Shown one piece after another: positions 62,201 through 64,000 of a DNA stretch of 64,000 bases (position 1 is the first letter of the stretch; the number at the start of each line of letters is the position of its first letter). This stretch comes from Auanema rhodensis (lineage: Eukaryota; Animalia; Nematoda). Made by a program: the position numbers and the translations under genes. Where the stretch lies: assembly GCA_964057225.1 (NCBI GenBank), contig OZ059895.1, positions 9,610,001-9,674,000 on the forward strand, in the 5' to 3' direction. Below the pieces are notes generated by a model. The model did no database searches and had not been told where the DNA came from. It saw only the letters and a program-made list of their open reading frames with translations.

Positions 62201-64000
62201 CCTATCAAAACAAACATTGTTCAAACACTATACAACTATGAAACCTTTTTTAATTCATTGTATTTGGAGCTCATAAAATTTGATATCATCGAGGGATCCA
62301 GATGGAACGTGGAAAATTACATAACTAAAATGAAATTGGAAAAAAAAGTATAACAAGGATAAGTATGTTAACGATTGAATATCAGATATTTTCGCTTACG
62401 ACCATACCACGTTGAAAGTACGCCATACAGCTGATTTTCAATTTTATCTTTTCCGTAACAAATGTTTTCAATTTTCAAGCACTTTTACTTAGATAGCTCA
62501 ACCAAAGAAAAGCAAATTATCTTCAATTTTATTTCTATATTACAGTTATAAACCAGTAGGTAATGAAACCTTCATATTGAATTTACTGTTTCTATCTATT
62601 TTCTATTAAAACAAACATTGTTCAAACACTATGCAACTATGAAACCTTTTTTAATTCATTGTATTTGGAGCTCATAAAATTTGATATCATCGAGGGATCC
62701 AGATGGAACGTGGAAAATTACATAACTAAAATGAAATTGGAAAAAAAAGTATAACAAGGATAAGTATGTTAACGATTGAATATCAGATTTTTTCGCTTAC
62801 GACCATACCACGTTGAAAGTACGCCATACAGCTGATTTTCAATTTTATCTTTTCCGTAACAAATGGTTTCAATTTTCAAGCACTTTTACTTAGATAGCTC
62901 AACCAAAAGAAAGCAAATTATCTTCAATTTTATTTCTATATTACAGTTATAAACCAGTAGGTAATGAAACCTTCATACTGAATTTACTGTTTCTATCTAT
63001 TTTCTATTAAAACAAACATTGTTCAAACACTATGCAACTATGAAACCTTTTTTAATTTATTGTATTTGGAGCTCATAAAATTTGATATCATCGAGGGATC
63101 CAGATGGAACGTGGAAAATTACATAACTAACATGAAATTGGAAAAAAAAGTATAACAAGGATAAGTACGTTAACGATTGAATATCAGATATTTTCGCTTA
63201 CGACCATACCACGTTGAAAATACGCCATACAGCTGATTTTCAATTTTATCTTTTCCGTAACAAATGTTTTCAATTTTCAAGCACTTTTACTTGGATAGCT
63301 CAACCAAAGGAAAGCAAATTATCTTCAATTTTATTTCTATATTACAGTTATAAACCAGTAGGTAATGAAACCTTCATCTTGCATTTACTGTTTCTATCTA
63401 TTTCCTATCAAAACAAACATTGTTCAAACACTATGCAACTATGAAACCTTTTTTAATTCATTGTATTTGGAGCTCATAAAATTTGATATCATCGAGGGAT
63501 CCAGATGGAACGTGGAAAATTACATAACTAAAATGAAATTGGAAAAAAAAGTATAACAAGGATAAGTATGTTAACGATTGAATATCAGATATTTTCGCTT
63601 ACGACCATACCACGTTGAAAATACGCCATACAGCTGATTTTCAATTTTATCTTTTCCGTAACAAATGTTTTCAATTTTCAAGCACTTTTACTTAGATAGC
63701 TCAACCAAAGAAAAGCAAATTATCTTCAATTTTATTTCTATATTACAGTTATAAACCAGTAGGTAATGAAACCTTCATCTTGAATTTACTGTTTCTATCT
63801 ATTTCCTATCGAAACAAACATTGTTCAAACACTATGCAACTATGAAACCTTTTTTAATTTATTGTATTTGGAGCTCATAAAATTTGATATCATCGAGGGA
63901 TCCAGATGGAACGTGGAAAATTACATAACTAAAATGAAATTGGAAAAAAAAGTATAACAAGGATAAGTATGTTAACGATTGAATATCAGATTTTTTCGCT
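29282..64000 (+). repeat. 401-bp tandem satellite (~85 monomers, continues beyond the window); each monomer contains 5S rRNA nt 1-33
   Basis: Period 400-401 bp, with one BamHI and usually one SacI site per unit. Each unit has GCTTACGACCATACCACGTTGAAAGTACGCCAT (e.g. from 29622). Confidence 0.98.
59533..60231. mobile_element. Non-autonomous Tc1/mariner-type element (MITE, 699 bp)
   Basis: 27-bp TIR CAGTC(C/A)TGTGCAAAAAACCTCGGACAA with one mismatch. TA duplicated at 59531-59532 and 60232-60233 within monomer sequence GCAAC-TA-TGAAAC. No transposase ORF. Confidence 0.96.

Noticed and set aside
32044-63556. Recurrent 63-76 aa ORFs (MKIRHTAD..., MKPSSCIY..., MKTFVTEK...)
   Set aside because: They appear and vanish with single-base satellite variants, often use non-ATG starts, and have no protein motif.
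29282-64000. CRISPR array or functional 5S rDNA cluster
   Set aside because: No unique spacers and a eukaryotic context. Units hold only 33 nt of 5S, with no internal promoter or 3' half.

Overview
AT-rich eukaryotic DNA, almost certainly from a nematode (42-55 nt GT-AG introns, nematode-type 5S rRNA sequence, tRNA-Arg primer site). No host protein-coding gene is evident. The first 29 kb is a nest of mobile elements. It begins with the right part of an intron-containing Maverick/Polinton (major capsid gene, decayed pPolB, AGTAGAGAG terminus at 6456) inserted in a hAT transposon. Three more co-oriented Maverick ends follow, stacked inside each other, and then a deleted Ty3/Gypsy element with a membrane-anchored ORF upstream of the protease. 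Next is a near-complete BEL/Pao (Belpaoviridae) endogenous retrovirus on the minus strand (17771-27960) with 329-bp LTRs, a phlebovirus-like Gc envelope, a second nucleocapsid-like ORF and a compact three-exon antisense gene. Its 3' LTR is joined to the 3' half of a 5S rRNA gene. The remaining ~35 kb is a 401-bp tandem satellite (~85 copies, higher-order structure, one Tc1/mariner MITE) in which each monomer carries only the first 33 nt of 5S rRNA. The junction at 17672-17770 suggests how the satellite arose from a 5S rDNA unit.
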